DNA of 55,341 bases, taken from IMG/VR virus record IMGVR_UViG_3300033146_002149, positions 1-55,341 of that record, one strand, 5' to 3'. This stretch comes from a virus. Taxonomy: Duplodnaviria > Caudoviricetes. Below are positions 37,195-45,587 of this stretch, one piece after another; position 1 is the stretch's first letter; each line of letters opens with the position of its first letter. The position numbers were made by a program, and so were the translations under genes. A model generated the notes under the pieces. It worked only from the letters and a program-made list of their open reading frames with translations, made no database searches and was not told the DNA's origin.

Positions 37195-37479
37195 ATGCAA
37201 AATCCTTACCCACAAACAACTTATAGGCAAACAGAAATTGAAGCCAGTCATCTTAGTAAGATGACCTTCATTGAGAAGCATACCAATTTTATTTCTCTTG
37301 GTGTATTTGATTATGCCCTACCACAGGGCTGGCTTGATTCATTTGTAGCTCACCATGATTTAAACTACTCTCAAGTTTTGTTTTCCACGGTATGGCTGTA
37401 CCCTCCAGGTCATTCATGCGGTCTACCGATATCGTTTAACACCCAAGTACAAGCCGCCATTAATTCGGACAATTTCTAA
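37195..37479 (+). CDS. Hypothetical early protein
   Basis: 94 aa, RBS AAGGAG. Confidence 0.6.
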   Translation: MQNPYPQTTYRQTEIEASHLSKMTFIEKHTNFISLGVFDYALPQGWLDSFVAHHDLNYSQVLFSTVWLYPPGHSCGLPISFNTQVQAAINSDNF

Positions 37480-37492
37480 TAGGAGAACAACC

Positions 37493-37648
37493 ATGCAAGA
37501 ATTAACATTTACCGAGGACTTTTCAACCTTATTGGAAGCAGACAACCTTTCGTTAGCTACAATATCGCAAGAGCAAGCATATTGTGATGAAGACCAGCTG
37601 GTGGAAGATTTTGAAGATTTATTTTACGCCGAGCAGCTATATAGCTAA
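37493..37648 (+). CDS. Very acidic 51-aa protein (below the track cutoff)
   Basis: RBS AGGAGA; MQELTFTEDFSTLLEADNLSLATISQEQAYCDEDQLVEDFEDLFYAEQLYS. Confidence 0.65.
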   Translation: MQELTFTEDFSTLLEADNLSLATISQEQAYCDEDQLVEDFEDLFYAEQLYS

Positions 37649-37713
37649 AAAAGCGTAACAGCCTACAATCTTTTGAATCATACGTATTAGCGTTTTTTAA
37701 GGATATTTGACTT

Positions 37714-37899
37714 ATGACTACTATTAAACAAATACTAATTTCCCGTGACAACATGACTGCAAGCGAAGCAGATAATTTGATTGCCGATGCAGCAGAAGCA
37801 GTGGCTAAATATTTGTCTTACGGAGATATTGAGTCCGCTTATTCTGTTTGTCAAGAATATTTTGGCTTGGAACCTGATTATATAGAGGAACTTATTTAA
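37714..37899 (+). CDS. Small acidic phage protein
   Basis: 61 aa, ILISRDNMT...EYFGLEPDYIEEL. Confidence 0.6.
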   Translation: MTTIKQILISRDNMTASEADNLIADAAEAVAKYLSYGDIESAYSVCQEYFGLEPDYIEELI

Positions 37900-38132
37900 T
37901 GGCACCTAATAACATAGCAAAAAACAAATATGTGACCGGAGCAATCATGACTAAAGCAATCTTGGAGAAACCCCAAGAAGGTAAAACTAAAACTGATGCC
38001 TGTATCCAAGATGATAAATATTCATTTATTGGATATATAGAACTAAACTCAAATGAGCTTATACCTCCGGACAAAGTTCAAATTGATGGTTTCTGGTATC
38101 TTCGGGCAGCTAAAGTAAAGTGGAATGATTAG
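37899..38132 (+). CDS. Hypothetical protein
   Basis: TAATG coupling to the previous gene; alternative start at 37947. Confidence 0.5.
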   Translation: MAPNNIAKNKYVTGAIMTKAILEKPQEGKTKTDACIQDDKYSFIGYIELNSNELIPPDKVQIDGFWYLRAAKVKWND

Positions 38133-38161
38133 CTAAGGTGAAAGAAGTTACCGTTGTAGTA

Positions 38162-38210
38162 TTGACAGGTAAACATAACCATGGTATATATATAGGGTAT
38201 GTTTACCTGT
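38162..38210 (+). promoter_or_regulatory. sigma70 promoter embedded in a 16-bp inverted repeat
   Basis: TTGACA-17-TATATA; arms ACAGGTAAACATAACC (38165-38180) and GGGTATGTTTACCTGT (38195-38210). Confidence 0.65.
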
Positions 38211-38243
38211 AAACCCCCAACAAGTTAAAAAAGGAACTAAATT

Positions 38244-38468
38244 ATGGCAAATCAAACTATTGAAACAGCACCAAAGGCGAAAGAATCAAAATCAGAGTTC
38301 AAGCAATCTTGGATGAATGCAAAACTTACTTTCCGCGCCAACATGAAAGGAGCCAGACCTTTTAAATGTGTCGATAAGCCAAACAAAACAGAAAGTATAT
38401 TCTGGCAACGGGCAGACAAGGCAACAATAACTCCCGCAGCCCACTGGAATAATATTAAAGACATTTAA
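38244..38468 (+). CDS. Hypothetical protein
   Basis: 74 aa; leader TTAAAAAAGGAACTAAATTATG. Confidence 0.55.
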   Translation: MANQTIETAPKAKESKSEFKQSWMNAKLTFRANMKGARPFKCVDKPNKTESIFWQRADKATITPAAHWNNIKDI

Positions 38469-38522
38469 TTTACGTTGAAACAAAAGAGTTGGAACCGCAC
38501 AATTTAAAAAGGAACTAATATT

Positions 38523-38855
38523 ATGACAACAGAAAAGATTGTAGCATTACAAAGTAAAAAGGCCGCCTTAATTAAAACTTTCTCAAAACTAAAAGCAGAC
38601 AAGGAAACTGCCTACAATATTTTTGTCAGTGCTCAGATAGCATATATAAAAGCGAAAGATGAAGAACTACAAGCCAAATATCTTTGGGAAAAAACAGACC
38701 GAGAAGAGAAAATCATGATTCATGAAACAAAAAAACTTCTGCCACCAAAGATTAAGGGTAAAAAACCAGCTGTAAGTGCCGAAGCTGTAGCACTCAAAGC
38801 CTTGAAAAACCTTACCCCTGAGCAACGAGAAGCAATTTTGAATGCCTTAAAATAA
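38523..38855 (+). CDS. Hypothetical basic coiled-coil protein
   Basis: 110 aa; leader TTAAAAAGGAACTAATATTATG is nearly identical to that of the previous gene. Confidence 0.6.
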   Translation: MTTEKIVALQSKKAALIKTFSKLKADKETAYNIFVSAQIAYIKAKDEELQAKYLWEKTDREEKIMIHETKKLLPPKIKGKKPAVSAEAVALKALKNLTPEQREAILNALK

Positions 38856-38869
38856 GGAAGTAGCAAAAA

Positions 38870-39124
38870 ATGGATAAAATCATCAAAGATAGTTACGTAC
38901 CAACTTGGTTAGAAGATTGCGAATTCTTTTTCACCCTAACTCCAGGCCAGCCACCTACATTATATGACCCTTCATATCCTGATGAAATAGAAATCTATAA
39001 AATTACCGTAAATAATAACATTGCCAAAGATGCTTTATTTGACTTAATCTTTGAAGCTGTCGGAGATAAGATAGAAAATGAAATTTCTGACCTCCGCAGT
39101 GATTATTTAACCAGCATTAATTAA
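38870..39124 (+). CDS. Acidic hypothetical protein
   Basis: 84 aa, PGQPPTLYDPSYPDEIEI motif. Confidence 0.55.
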   Translation: MDKIIKDSYVPTWLEDCEFFFTLTPGQPPTLYDPSYPDEIEIYKITVNNNIAKDALFDLIFEAVGDKIENEISDLRSDYLTSIN

Positions 39125-39152
39125 TACCAGCATTAATTAATACCATCATACC

Positions 39153-39182
39153 AACTGGTCGTTCAAAAATGAACAGCCAGTT
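39153..39182. promoter_or_regulatory. Palindromic box copy 3, extended into a terminator-like hairpin
   Basis: AACTGGTC-GTTCAAAAATGAAC-AGCCAGTT followed by ATTGTTTTTT. Confidence 0.65.
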
Positions 39183-39214
39183 ATTGTTTTTTAACTTATT
39201 AAGGAGAACAAATC

Positions 39215-39340
39215 ATGTTTGAAGAATACTGGAAAAAACAATCCGGTCAGATTATTACCTACCAAGTTAGTGGCCTACCAATTGCTACGATTATTCAATT
39301 CTTTGCACGCACAGTATATAACGGAGGCCATAAAGTATGA
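39215..39340 (+). CDS. Small hypothetical protein (41 aa)
   Basis: RBS AAGGAGA; MFEEYWKKQSG...; ATGA overlap with the next gene. Confidence 0.5.
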   Translation: MFEEYWKKQSGQIITYQVSGLPIATIIQFFARTVYNGGHKV

Positions 39341-39522
39341 AAAAAGACAAGTCAGTATTAAAAAACGTAAAAGATACTCCAGATTTGTATGAATGGGAAT
39401 GCCCAGAATGCTCACAAGTAGGCAACTATATTGATATCAGATATTTTGATCAAGGAGTAGATTTTTGTCCAGATTGTCATACAGAAATAATTTGTACCGA
39501 TAATCAAGCCTTGCAAAAATAA
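39337..39522 (+). CDS. Zn-ribbon protein
   Basis: CPEC...CPDC. Confidence 0.6.
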   Translation: MKKDKSVLKNVKDTPDLYEWECPECSQVGNYIDIRYFDQGVDFCPDCHTEIICTDNQALQK

Positions 39523-39549
39523 CAATATTTATCTAAAGGAGTATTTAAA

Positions 39550-39942
39550 ATGCCAAGTCCAACCATTTCCTTCAGGCTGAAACCGTACCAAATTGCAAGA
39601 GGCCTCCAAATCATAAAGGCCATCAACCCAGACTACCAGCCAACCAGTCTCAGTGACATAATAAAGACGGTATATTTTGATTACGTGGCTAAAATGAGTC
39701 TTAATCGCTCAGATGATGTAGACCCAGCTTATTGGGGAGAAATTCAAAAGTTGATGTCTACCAAAATAATACCAAGCACTACTTTCATGGATCTCATAAA
39801 CCAGCAAGGCTCAATACCAATTACGGAGACAAAAAAACCCGTACACATACCAACTTTTGAGGAACCCTCATCAGCACCAACAGACTCTAAGATAAAAACT
39901 GTCACTAATTTCGCTCCACCCACAGATTGGCTAACAGACTAA
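39550..39942 (+). CDS. Putative ribbon-helix-helix-like DNA-binding protein
   Basis: N-terminal TISFRL strand, helix, then TSLSDIIK. Confidence 0.45.
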   Translation: MPSPTISFRLKPYQIARGLQIIKAINPDYQPTSLSDIIKTVYFDYVAKMSLNRSDDVDPAYWGEIQKLMSTKIIPSTTFMDLINQQGSIPITETKKPVHIPTFEEPSSAPTDSKIKTVTNFAPPTDWLTD

Positions 39943-39960
39943 AATAAAGGAAACAAAAAA

Positions 39961-40200
39961 ATGAAAGCTTCCAAAATAAAAGAGTCCAAAATAAAAGATA
40001 AAGTATATTCTTTGCGTCTTAATCCAATTGAGCTGGCTAAAGCAAGAGACGGTCTTCTAACCATTGGAACACCTCCAGATGCGATGACCACCATAAGTCA
40101 AATTATCCGCTTAACTTTTTATTACGGAATTCTGGCAAACAACCCAGATCCAAAAGCCACGCCTTCTGAAGGCAGCCTAGCATTTATCCAGCCAAAATAA
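39961..40200 (+). CDS. Putative ribbon-helix-helix-like DNA-binding protein
   Basis: VYSLRL strand, helix, then TTISQIIR; resembles the preceding gene. Confidence 0.45.
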   Translation: MKASKIKESKIKDKVYSLRLNPIELAKARDGLLTIGTPPDAMTTISQIIRLTFYYGILANNPDPKATPSEGSLAFIQPK

Positions 40201-40209
40201 GTAATACCT

Positions 40210-40243
40210 GTCAGGAGAAAGCATATTAAACCTTCTCCTGACT
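40210..40243 (+). terminator. Intergenic hairpin
   Basis: GTCAGGAGAA / TTCTCCTGAC 10-bp perfect stem. Confidence 0.45.
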
Positions 40244-40272
40244 ACCTTTAATTACAGGGAGAAACAATCATC

Positions 40273-41757
40273 ATGATCCGCTACAAAGGCAAGACTCTAA
40301 CCAATGAGCAAGAGTCCCACATTAATACTATTCTTACCAAGTCCGATTACGCCATCCAAGCCCCTCCAGGCTCAGGTAAGACTTTTCTTCTACTCGCCTT
40401 AGCTCGCAAAATGCCTGGCTGTGGCCTATCAATTAGTTTTAACAAAATCTTAGCTGTTGAGGCATCTAAGAAGTTTTGCCGCTCTGTGACATGCAAAACA
40501 GGCCACAGCCTAGCATATGGTGCGATAGGCTACAAATATAAAGACCGCCTAAAGAAACTGACCGGACAGCATCTTGCAAGTTGCGAAGACATTGGCGACC
40601 TTAATCATTACAATACAGCTGCTAATAAGGGTTATTTAATCTTAAATACCATCCGAAAGTTTTGTTACTCTTCAGATTTAACAATAACAAAATATCACGT
40701 ACCACAGCTGCAAATCATGGATGACTTTATATATAATGAGATGACAGATGATTTAGTCCTTCAAGCAAATAATATCTTTTCCAGGATGGCAAATCAAGCA
40801 TCATCCCTACCAATAACGCATGACATTTATCTCAAACTATGGGCGTTATCCAAACCATCCTTACAGAAGGATTATATATTTTTTGACGAGTATCAAGATA
40901 GCAACCCCGTAATTTCACAAGTCATCAAATCACAGGATTGCCAAAAGATATTTGTAGGCGACCAGTTTCAGCAAATCTACAGTTGGCGTGGTGCCGTTAA
41001 TGCACTTACCGACCAGTCTTTAAAAATGCTATACATTACACAAAGCTTCAGATTTGGCTCTGACATAGCAAATCTGGTAAACAAGATCATTTTAAGCTAT
41101 TATCCCTATGATTTCAAATACATTCCTTTCAATGGAAATATTGATATTAATTCTAGCATTTCATATCTTCCTATAAATAAGGTAGATTGCATAATATGCC
41201 GTACAAACAAAGGCGTTATCACAGAAACTATTAATGCTCTCGCTACCAGCAAGAAAGTCCATATACTCGGTGGCACAAAACAGATTATTTACCTAATAAA
41301 ATCAATTGAATCCTTAAAAAACGGTAAGCCCACAACTCATCCTGACTTATTCTTATTTAAAATCTTCACCGATTTACAGGAATACGCAAATTCATCAATG
41401 GGTGGGGATTTAAAATCCGTCCTAAAATTACTCGATCAATATAATGTTCCACGGTTATTATCGATACTGAGGTCAACTACAAATGATCCCGCTAAAGCTG
41501 ATATCACCATAACCACTGCGCATAAATCCAAGGGCTTGGAATGGCCGATAGTTAAGCTGGCAAATGATTTTAAGCTGCCTTCAAAAACGGGTCTACCAAC
41601 CCTCGAGGAAACCAACATATTGTATGTAGCTGCTTCTCGAGCATTATTACAACTTGACTTATCTGCCTGCCAAGCCTGTAGTCCAGCAAATTTAACGTTG
41701 GCAAAAAAGCTAAACTATGAAAATTATATCGTTGATATGAAAACATTAAATAAATAA
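40273..41757 (+). CDS. SF1 UvrD/Rep-like helicase
   Basis: APPGSGKT, FFDEYQDSN, VGDQFQQIYSWRGA, QSFRFG, TAHKSKGLEW, LYVAASRA. Confidence 0.9.
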   Translation: MIRYKGKTLTNEQESHINTILTKSDYAIQAPPGSGKTFLLLALARKMPGCGLSISFNKILAVEASKKFCRSVTCKTGHSLAYGAIGYKYKDRLKKLTGQHLASCEDIGDLNHYNTAANKGYLILNTIRKFCYSSDLTITKYHVPQLQIMDDFIYNEMTDDLVLQANNIFSRMANQASSLPITHDIYLKLWALSKPSLQKDYIFFDEYQDSNPVISQVIKSQDCQKIFVGDQFQQIYSWRGAVNALTDQSLKMLYITQSFRFGSDIANLVNKIILSYYPYDFKYIPFNGNIDINSSISYLPINKVDCIICRTNKGVITETINALATSKKVHILGGTKQIIYLIKSIESLKNGKPTTHPDLFLFKIFTDLQEYANSSMGGDLKSVLKLLDQYNVPRLLSILRSTTNDPAKADITITTAHKSKGLEWPIVKLANDFKLPSKTGLPTLEETNILYVAASRALLQLDLSACQACSPANLTLAKKLNYENYIVDMKTLNK

Positions 41758-41811
41758 AGTAAGTTTGTCAAGGGTTACGGTTGTAAAGAAATAATTTTTT
41801 TGAAAAAAGAT

Positions 41812-41840
41812 TTGACTTTTCCGTTCCGTTTTGTTATAGT
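41812..41840 (+). promoter_or_regulatory. sigma70 promoter
   Basis: TTGACT-17-TATAGT with TGn extension and an upstream A/T tract. Confidence 0.75.
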
Positions 41841-41848
41841 AGCACAAC

Positions 41849-41950
41849 ATGACGGAACACACCGGAAAAATCCACACCATCCGGAGCCGGTATAGTCTTG
41901 TCAAATTATAGTAAAAGTAGCAATTTAGCCCTACCGGACATTCCGTCCAT
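41849..41950 (+). ncRNA. Candidate structured 5' leader RNA
   Basis: GACGGAA/TTCCGTC, CCGGA/TCCGG and CCGGTA/TACCGG form a three-way junction directly after the promoter. Confidence 0.45.
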
Positions 41951-41983
41951 TATTTAACGTACCATCATTTAAGGAAAACAATC

Positions 41984-42346
41984 ATGGCTATGATTAAAGT
42001 AGTTAGTAACCCCGCAAAACGTGATATCACAGTAGCAGAACCTACAGTTTTGGAACTCACCACACTGGCAGAACTTGCAGAATCCCTTGGAGAGGATCTC
42101 TGCATCAATCAGATTAAAGCACAGCTTAAAGTAAGTTTCCGAGCTGTGGTTCGTCGAAAATTGGAAGAGAAAGACGATAATGAGGAGTTTGTCAATTCCG
42201 ATGATGTCATCATATCTGAGGATTTCTCAGAATGGAAACCGGTTTACCGAGTAACCAAGACCGCAGAGGAAAAGGCACTTGAAGCTCTCGGCAACCTGCC
42301 TCCAGAAGTACGTGAAGCTATCTTGGCTAATTTCCAAAATGCTTAA
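41984..42346 (+). CDS. Hypothetical protein
   Basis: 120 aa, RBS AAGGA. Confidence 0.65.
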   Translation: MAMIKVVSNPAKRDITVAEPTVLELTTLAELAESLGEDLCINQIKAQLKVSFRAVVRRKLEEKDDNEEFVNSDDVIISEDFSEWKPVYRVTKTAEEKALEALGNLPPEVREAILANFQNA

Positions 42347-42468
42347 ATAACTGCCTTTGACTTGGCAAGCAATAAAGCAAGTATAGTTTGTTTTTATTAT
42401 CTTTCACTGGGGTGAGATCTTGTGAAAAGGGTCTTTATTGCTTGCCATTTTAATCATCATTTTTTAAC

Positions 42469-43458
42469 ATGAAAGGATTTTTCATGAATTACAAAAAACG
42501 AATAGATTATTCATCCTTATCAACATATATGTCCTGTCCGAGAGAATTTCTTTTTCAGTATCAAATGAACCTCCGTCCAGCAGGGCAAAGCATCCATTTA
42601 GTTTTTGGCTCCTGCTGGCACTACGGCTTAGAATCCACGTACAACCTTCTTATGGAAGAACAGTCAATTACTGCTATGGACGCGACAGTTAATTCCATCA
42701 AGGCATTTAATGCTTTATGGAAATTAGATGGTGCTCCAATTTGGAAAAACGAGGATCTTATCTTTCCAAAGAGTCCTGGACATGCAGCTAATATGTATAA
42801 AGCATATTGGGATCGTTTCTTGACATTGGATACCAAAGACCGAAAAATAATCTTTGTTGAAGCTCCATTTTCAATTGACCTGACTCAATATGGCTCAGAC
42901 TTACCTAACTACATCGGAAGAATGGATCTTGGTTTATCAGATGGTGACACCGGTCTGGAGATTATTGACCATAAGACAGCAAAAGTAATATACAAAACCA
43001 CTCCGCAGAATTTCGAGATGTCCTTCCAGACTGACGGTTATTTAACCGCAGGTCGTTTATTCTATGATAAAATCCCCTCCATGACCTACCGAATGGCTTT
43101 ATGTCAAAAATCAAAGATTGACTTCCAGCCGATTACAGTCAACAAACGAGCTGCATCCATCGATCATTTTCTTCATAACCTTGTTTATTACTGCAAAGAG
43201 ATCAGTCATAATATTGACTTATTAACTGAAGATAAAATAACTTGCACCAGCCGGACGGATATCCTTAATTCTTTCCCTCGCAAGCCAGGATACGCTTGTA
43301 CTACTTTCATGTCAACATGTGTTTTTTATGATCTTTGTAGGCTCCGCAATAATCCGTTACTCTGGCTTGATAAGGCTCCACAAGGTTTTCACTATGACGA
43401 ATGGGATCCAAGCAAAATGGAAGAAAGTATTAAAAAACGATTAAAGGAAAATGAGTAA
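42469..43458 (+). CDS. PD-(D/E)xK (RecB/Cas4-like) exonuclease
   Basis: SSLSTYMSCPR, FGSCWH, VE...GRMD...IIDHKT, FQTDGY and C-terminal Cys cluster (C..C..C). The start may be 42484. Confidence 0.85.
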   Translation: MKGFFMNYKKRIDYSSLSTYMSCPREFLFQYQMNLRPAGQSIHLVFGSCWHYGLESTYNLLMEEQSITAMDATVNSIKAFNALWKLDGAPIWKNEDLIFPKSPGHAANMYKAYWDRFLTLDTKDRKIIFVEAPFSIDLTQYGSDLPNYIGRMDLGLSDGDTGLEIIDHKTAKVIYKTTPQNFEMSFQTDGYLTAGRLFYDKIPSMTYRMALCQKSKIDFQPITVNKRAASIDHFLHNLVYYCKEISHNIDLLTEDKITCTSRTDILNSFPRKPGYACTTFMSTCVFYDLCRLRNNPLLWLDKAPQGFHYDEWDPSKMEESIKKRLKENE

Positions 43459-43614
43459 TGCTTCACCAAATAAACCGGTAGGCTTCATATTTATGATGAA
43501 CAAGCATCCTTTGCTGGCCTATGAGTTGAATGCTTACAACTTCACTCTTATGACGATAAGATTATCGGTTCTCCTGGCAGTATAGCCTGCCAACATATTT
43601 AAAGGAATTTTAAA

Positions 43615-44391
43615 ATGGAAACAACACCAAAATTTAAGAAAACCAAACTTAAAGAAGCCACCAGAAAGTTTGACTTAAAATTTTTGCTAACCGGAAACTC
43701 AGGAAGTGGTAAAACACATTTTACCGCAACTTATGATAATCCTTTGCATTATTACCTTTTCGACAAGGGTGGGGAGAAAACAGTTGAAAAAATATCCAAA
43801 GACAGAGAAGACATCACTATTGATAACTTTTCTACATCAGACATGTTGTTCAGTGATTTCTGGAAGCAATATCAACAAGATGCAACCGACGGTTTCTTTG
43901 ATTATCTTGCATCAATTGGTGGGATGCTTGTTCTGGACAGCTTGACTAATGCTAATAAAAAAGCCATTGATGAAATTGCCAAGAAAAGTGCAATTACTCC
44001 TTCAGGAATCGGCAAGAAGTTGGATATGAAGAAAGGAATGGCTCCAGCACATTGGGGGCAGCTCTTGAATTGGATGACTACCTTAGTAACCTCTTTGCAA
44101 GAACTCCCTTGTGCCGTGGCAGTTACCGTCCACTTACACACCTTGATGAATAGTAGCCAAGAAGTAGTTGCCAGATATCCCGCAGTAAACGGGCAATTCC
44201 GGCAGCTTCTGGCCTGCGATTTTGATGAAGCTTATTTGTTGACTACAAAAGGCACAAAGCGTACAATATTTTTTACTGAAAAGCTGGCCTTTGAAGCAAA
44301 GTCAAGAGTGTTTGATATGGCAAAAGTTGAAAACATCACAATGACCCAACTGGCTAATGCTTACTTGGCAGGTAAAACTGTGATAAATTAA
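43615..44391 (+). CDS. Sak4-like AAA ATPase (phage recombinase)
   Basis: LLTGNSGSGKTHF, LVLDSLT, WG, VTVH, EAKSR; located between the nuclease and SSB-like genes. Confidence 0.75.
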   Translation: METTPKFKKTKLKEATRKFDLKFLLTGNSGSGKTHFTATYDNPLHYYLFDKGGEKTVEKISKDREDITIDNFSTSDMLFSDFWKQYQQDATDGFFDYLASIGGMLVLDSLTNANKKAIDEIAKKSAITPSGIGKKLDMKKGMAPAHWGQLLNWMTTLVTSLQELPCAVAVTVHLHTLMNSSQEVVARYPAVNGQFRQLLACDFDEAYLLTTKGTKRTIFFTEKLAFEAKSRVFDMAKVENITMTQLANAYLAGKTVIN

Positions 44392-44402
44392 AAGGAGGTA
44401 AA

Positions 44403-44501
44403 ATGGCAAAAGAAAAGTATTTTACTATCAACGCAAAAGATCCAGAGAATAAGATTTTAGACATTACTTATCATGAATATAAATTAAAAGGGGTTAACTA
44501 A
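44403..44501 (+). CDS. Small hypothetical protein (32 aa)
   Basis: Strong RBS AGGAGGT; MAKEKYFTINAKDPENKILDITYHEYKLKGVN. Confidence 0.45.
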   Translation: MAKEKYFTINAKDPENKILDITYHEYKLKGVN

Positions 44502-44503
44502 TT

Positions 44504-44710
44504 ATGGATGAAAATGACATAACAATAATTGAAGCTTTATCAGACATTATCCTGCAAAAAATGAAGGGTTTAGCATTTGAGCAAAAAGAACCCAGTTTTG
44601 ATGTCGACAAATCAGATGATAGCATCAAACTTTTAACCCAGCAAATTTATGGACTTAGGAAAATCCGTGCTGATTTTGAAATCCTGATTACTGCTGTACA
44701 TTTAAACTAA
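44504..44710 (+). CDS. Hypothetical protein
   Basis: 68 aa, in the operon. Confidence 0.5.
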   Translation: MDENDITIIEALSDIILQKMKGLAFEQKEPSFDVDKSDDSIKLLTQQIYGLRKIRADFEILITAVHLN

Positions 44711-44759
44711 CTAAAATCTTTAAATAACTTAAATTAAAATTAAAAAAGGAAATACTACC

Positions 44760-45182
44760 ATGGCTATGATACCTAATCTTTCAGAAATTAAAGACCGCAA
44801 ACCTGTAGAAGCTGGTGAGTACGATCTCCGTGTAACCAAGGCAAAAGAAACTAAGTCCAAGAATACCGGAAGATATGGCTGCATGTTGATTATTGAAATC
44901 GACGGAGAAGATAACGCCGACAATATCTTTCACACCTTATGGTATGGGAACTACAAAGACTTTGCTGGGGACGATGAAGATAAGAATAACATGATGTGGC
45001 GTATGGTTAAAGATTTCCTCCGTTCTTTGGGCTTAGATCCAGAGCAAGAAACTGATGAAAGTGATCTGGTAGGGTTGGAGTTTTCCGCAGACGTTTCATA
45101 TAACGATGGCATGGACACTGATGATGACGGTAATCCAGTCAAAGTTGGACAGCCTCGCAATGAGATTGCCAGAATAGTATAG
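44760..45182 (+). CDS. SSB-like protein (DUF669-type)
   Basis: PVEAGEYDLRVTKAKETKSKNTG...LVG...RNEI OB-fold pattern; follows the Sak4-like gene. Confidence 0.7.
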   Translation: MAMIPNLSEIKDRKPVEAGEYDLRVTKAKETKSKNTGRYGCMLIIEIDGEDNADNIFHTLWYGNYKDFAGDDEDKNNMMWRMVKDFLRSLGLDPEQETDESDLVGLEFSADVSYNDGMDTDDDGNPVKVGQPRNEIARIV

Positions 45183-45232
45183 CAGATTTAACTTTACACA
45201 ATCATTATTGATTTTAAATAACTAAACTTGAC

Positions 45233-45246
45233 GTTCATTTTTGAAC
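45233..45246. promoter_or_regulatory. Palindromic operator-like box, copy 4
   Basis: GTTCATTTTTGAACagccagt, overlapping TTGACG-19-TATAAG. Confidence 0.6.
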
Positions 45247-45323
45247 AGCCAGTATAAGGCTTACCCAAGTTAATACTGACTAAATCAAGAATGAACGTCT
45301 ATTTAATTAAAGGAATTTTAATT

Positions 45324-45584
45324 ATGTCTATTGAAAGTATTATTTCATTTAATTGTCTTGCTTGTCAAGAAGAGCTTTTTTATACTTTCCCAGAAGATGT
45401 GGTAATAAAATATAAAACTAACTTGAAATACTCGCACAAAACAACACCTATAGAGATCGCAGAAAGAATAATAAAGAAAAAAATTACCTGTACTAAATGT
45501 AATAAGAAATTCATTATAACTGACCAACCATATGCGGTAAGTCTTTATTTACGTCCAGAATATTTCAAGGCAGAGGAGATATAA
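45324..45584 (+). CDS. Zn-ribbon protein
   Basis: CLAC...CTKC; RBS AAGGA precedes the ATG at 45324. Confidence 0.55.
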   Translation: MSIESIISFNCLACQEELFYTFPEDVVIKYKTNLKYSHKTTPIEIAERIIKKKITCTKCNKKFIITDQPYAVSLYLRPEYFKAEEI

Positions 45585-45587
45585 ATC

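Noticed and set aside
43451-43602. Small ORF or stop-codon readthrough between the nuclease and the ATPase
   Set aside because: A 44-aa frame exists from 43451 but has no recognisable features. The other frames are interrupted, and standard stops end genes normally elsewhere, so there is no support for recoding.
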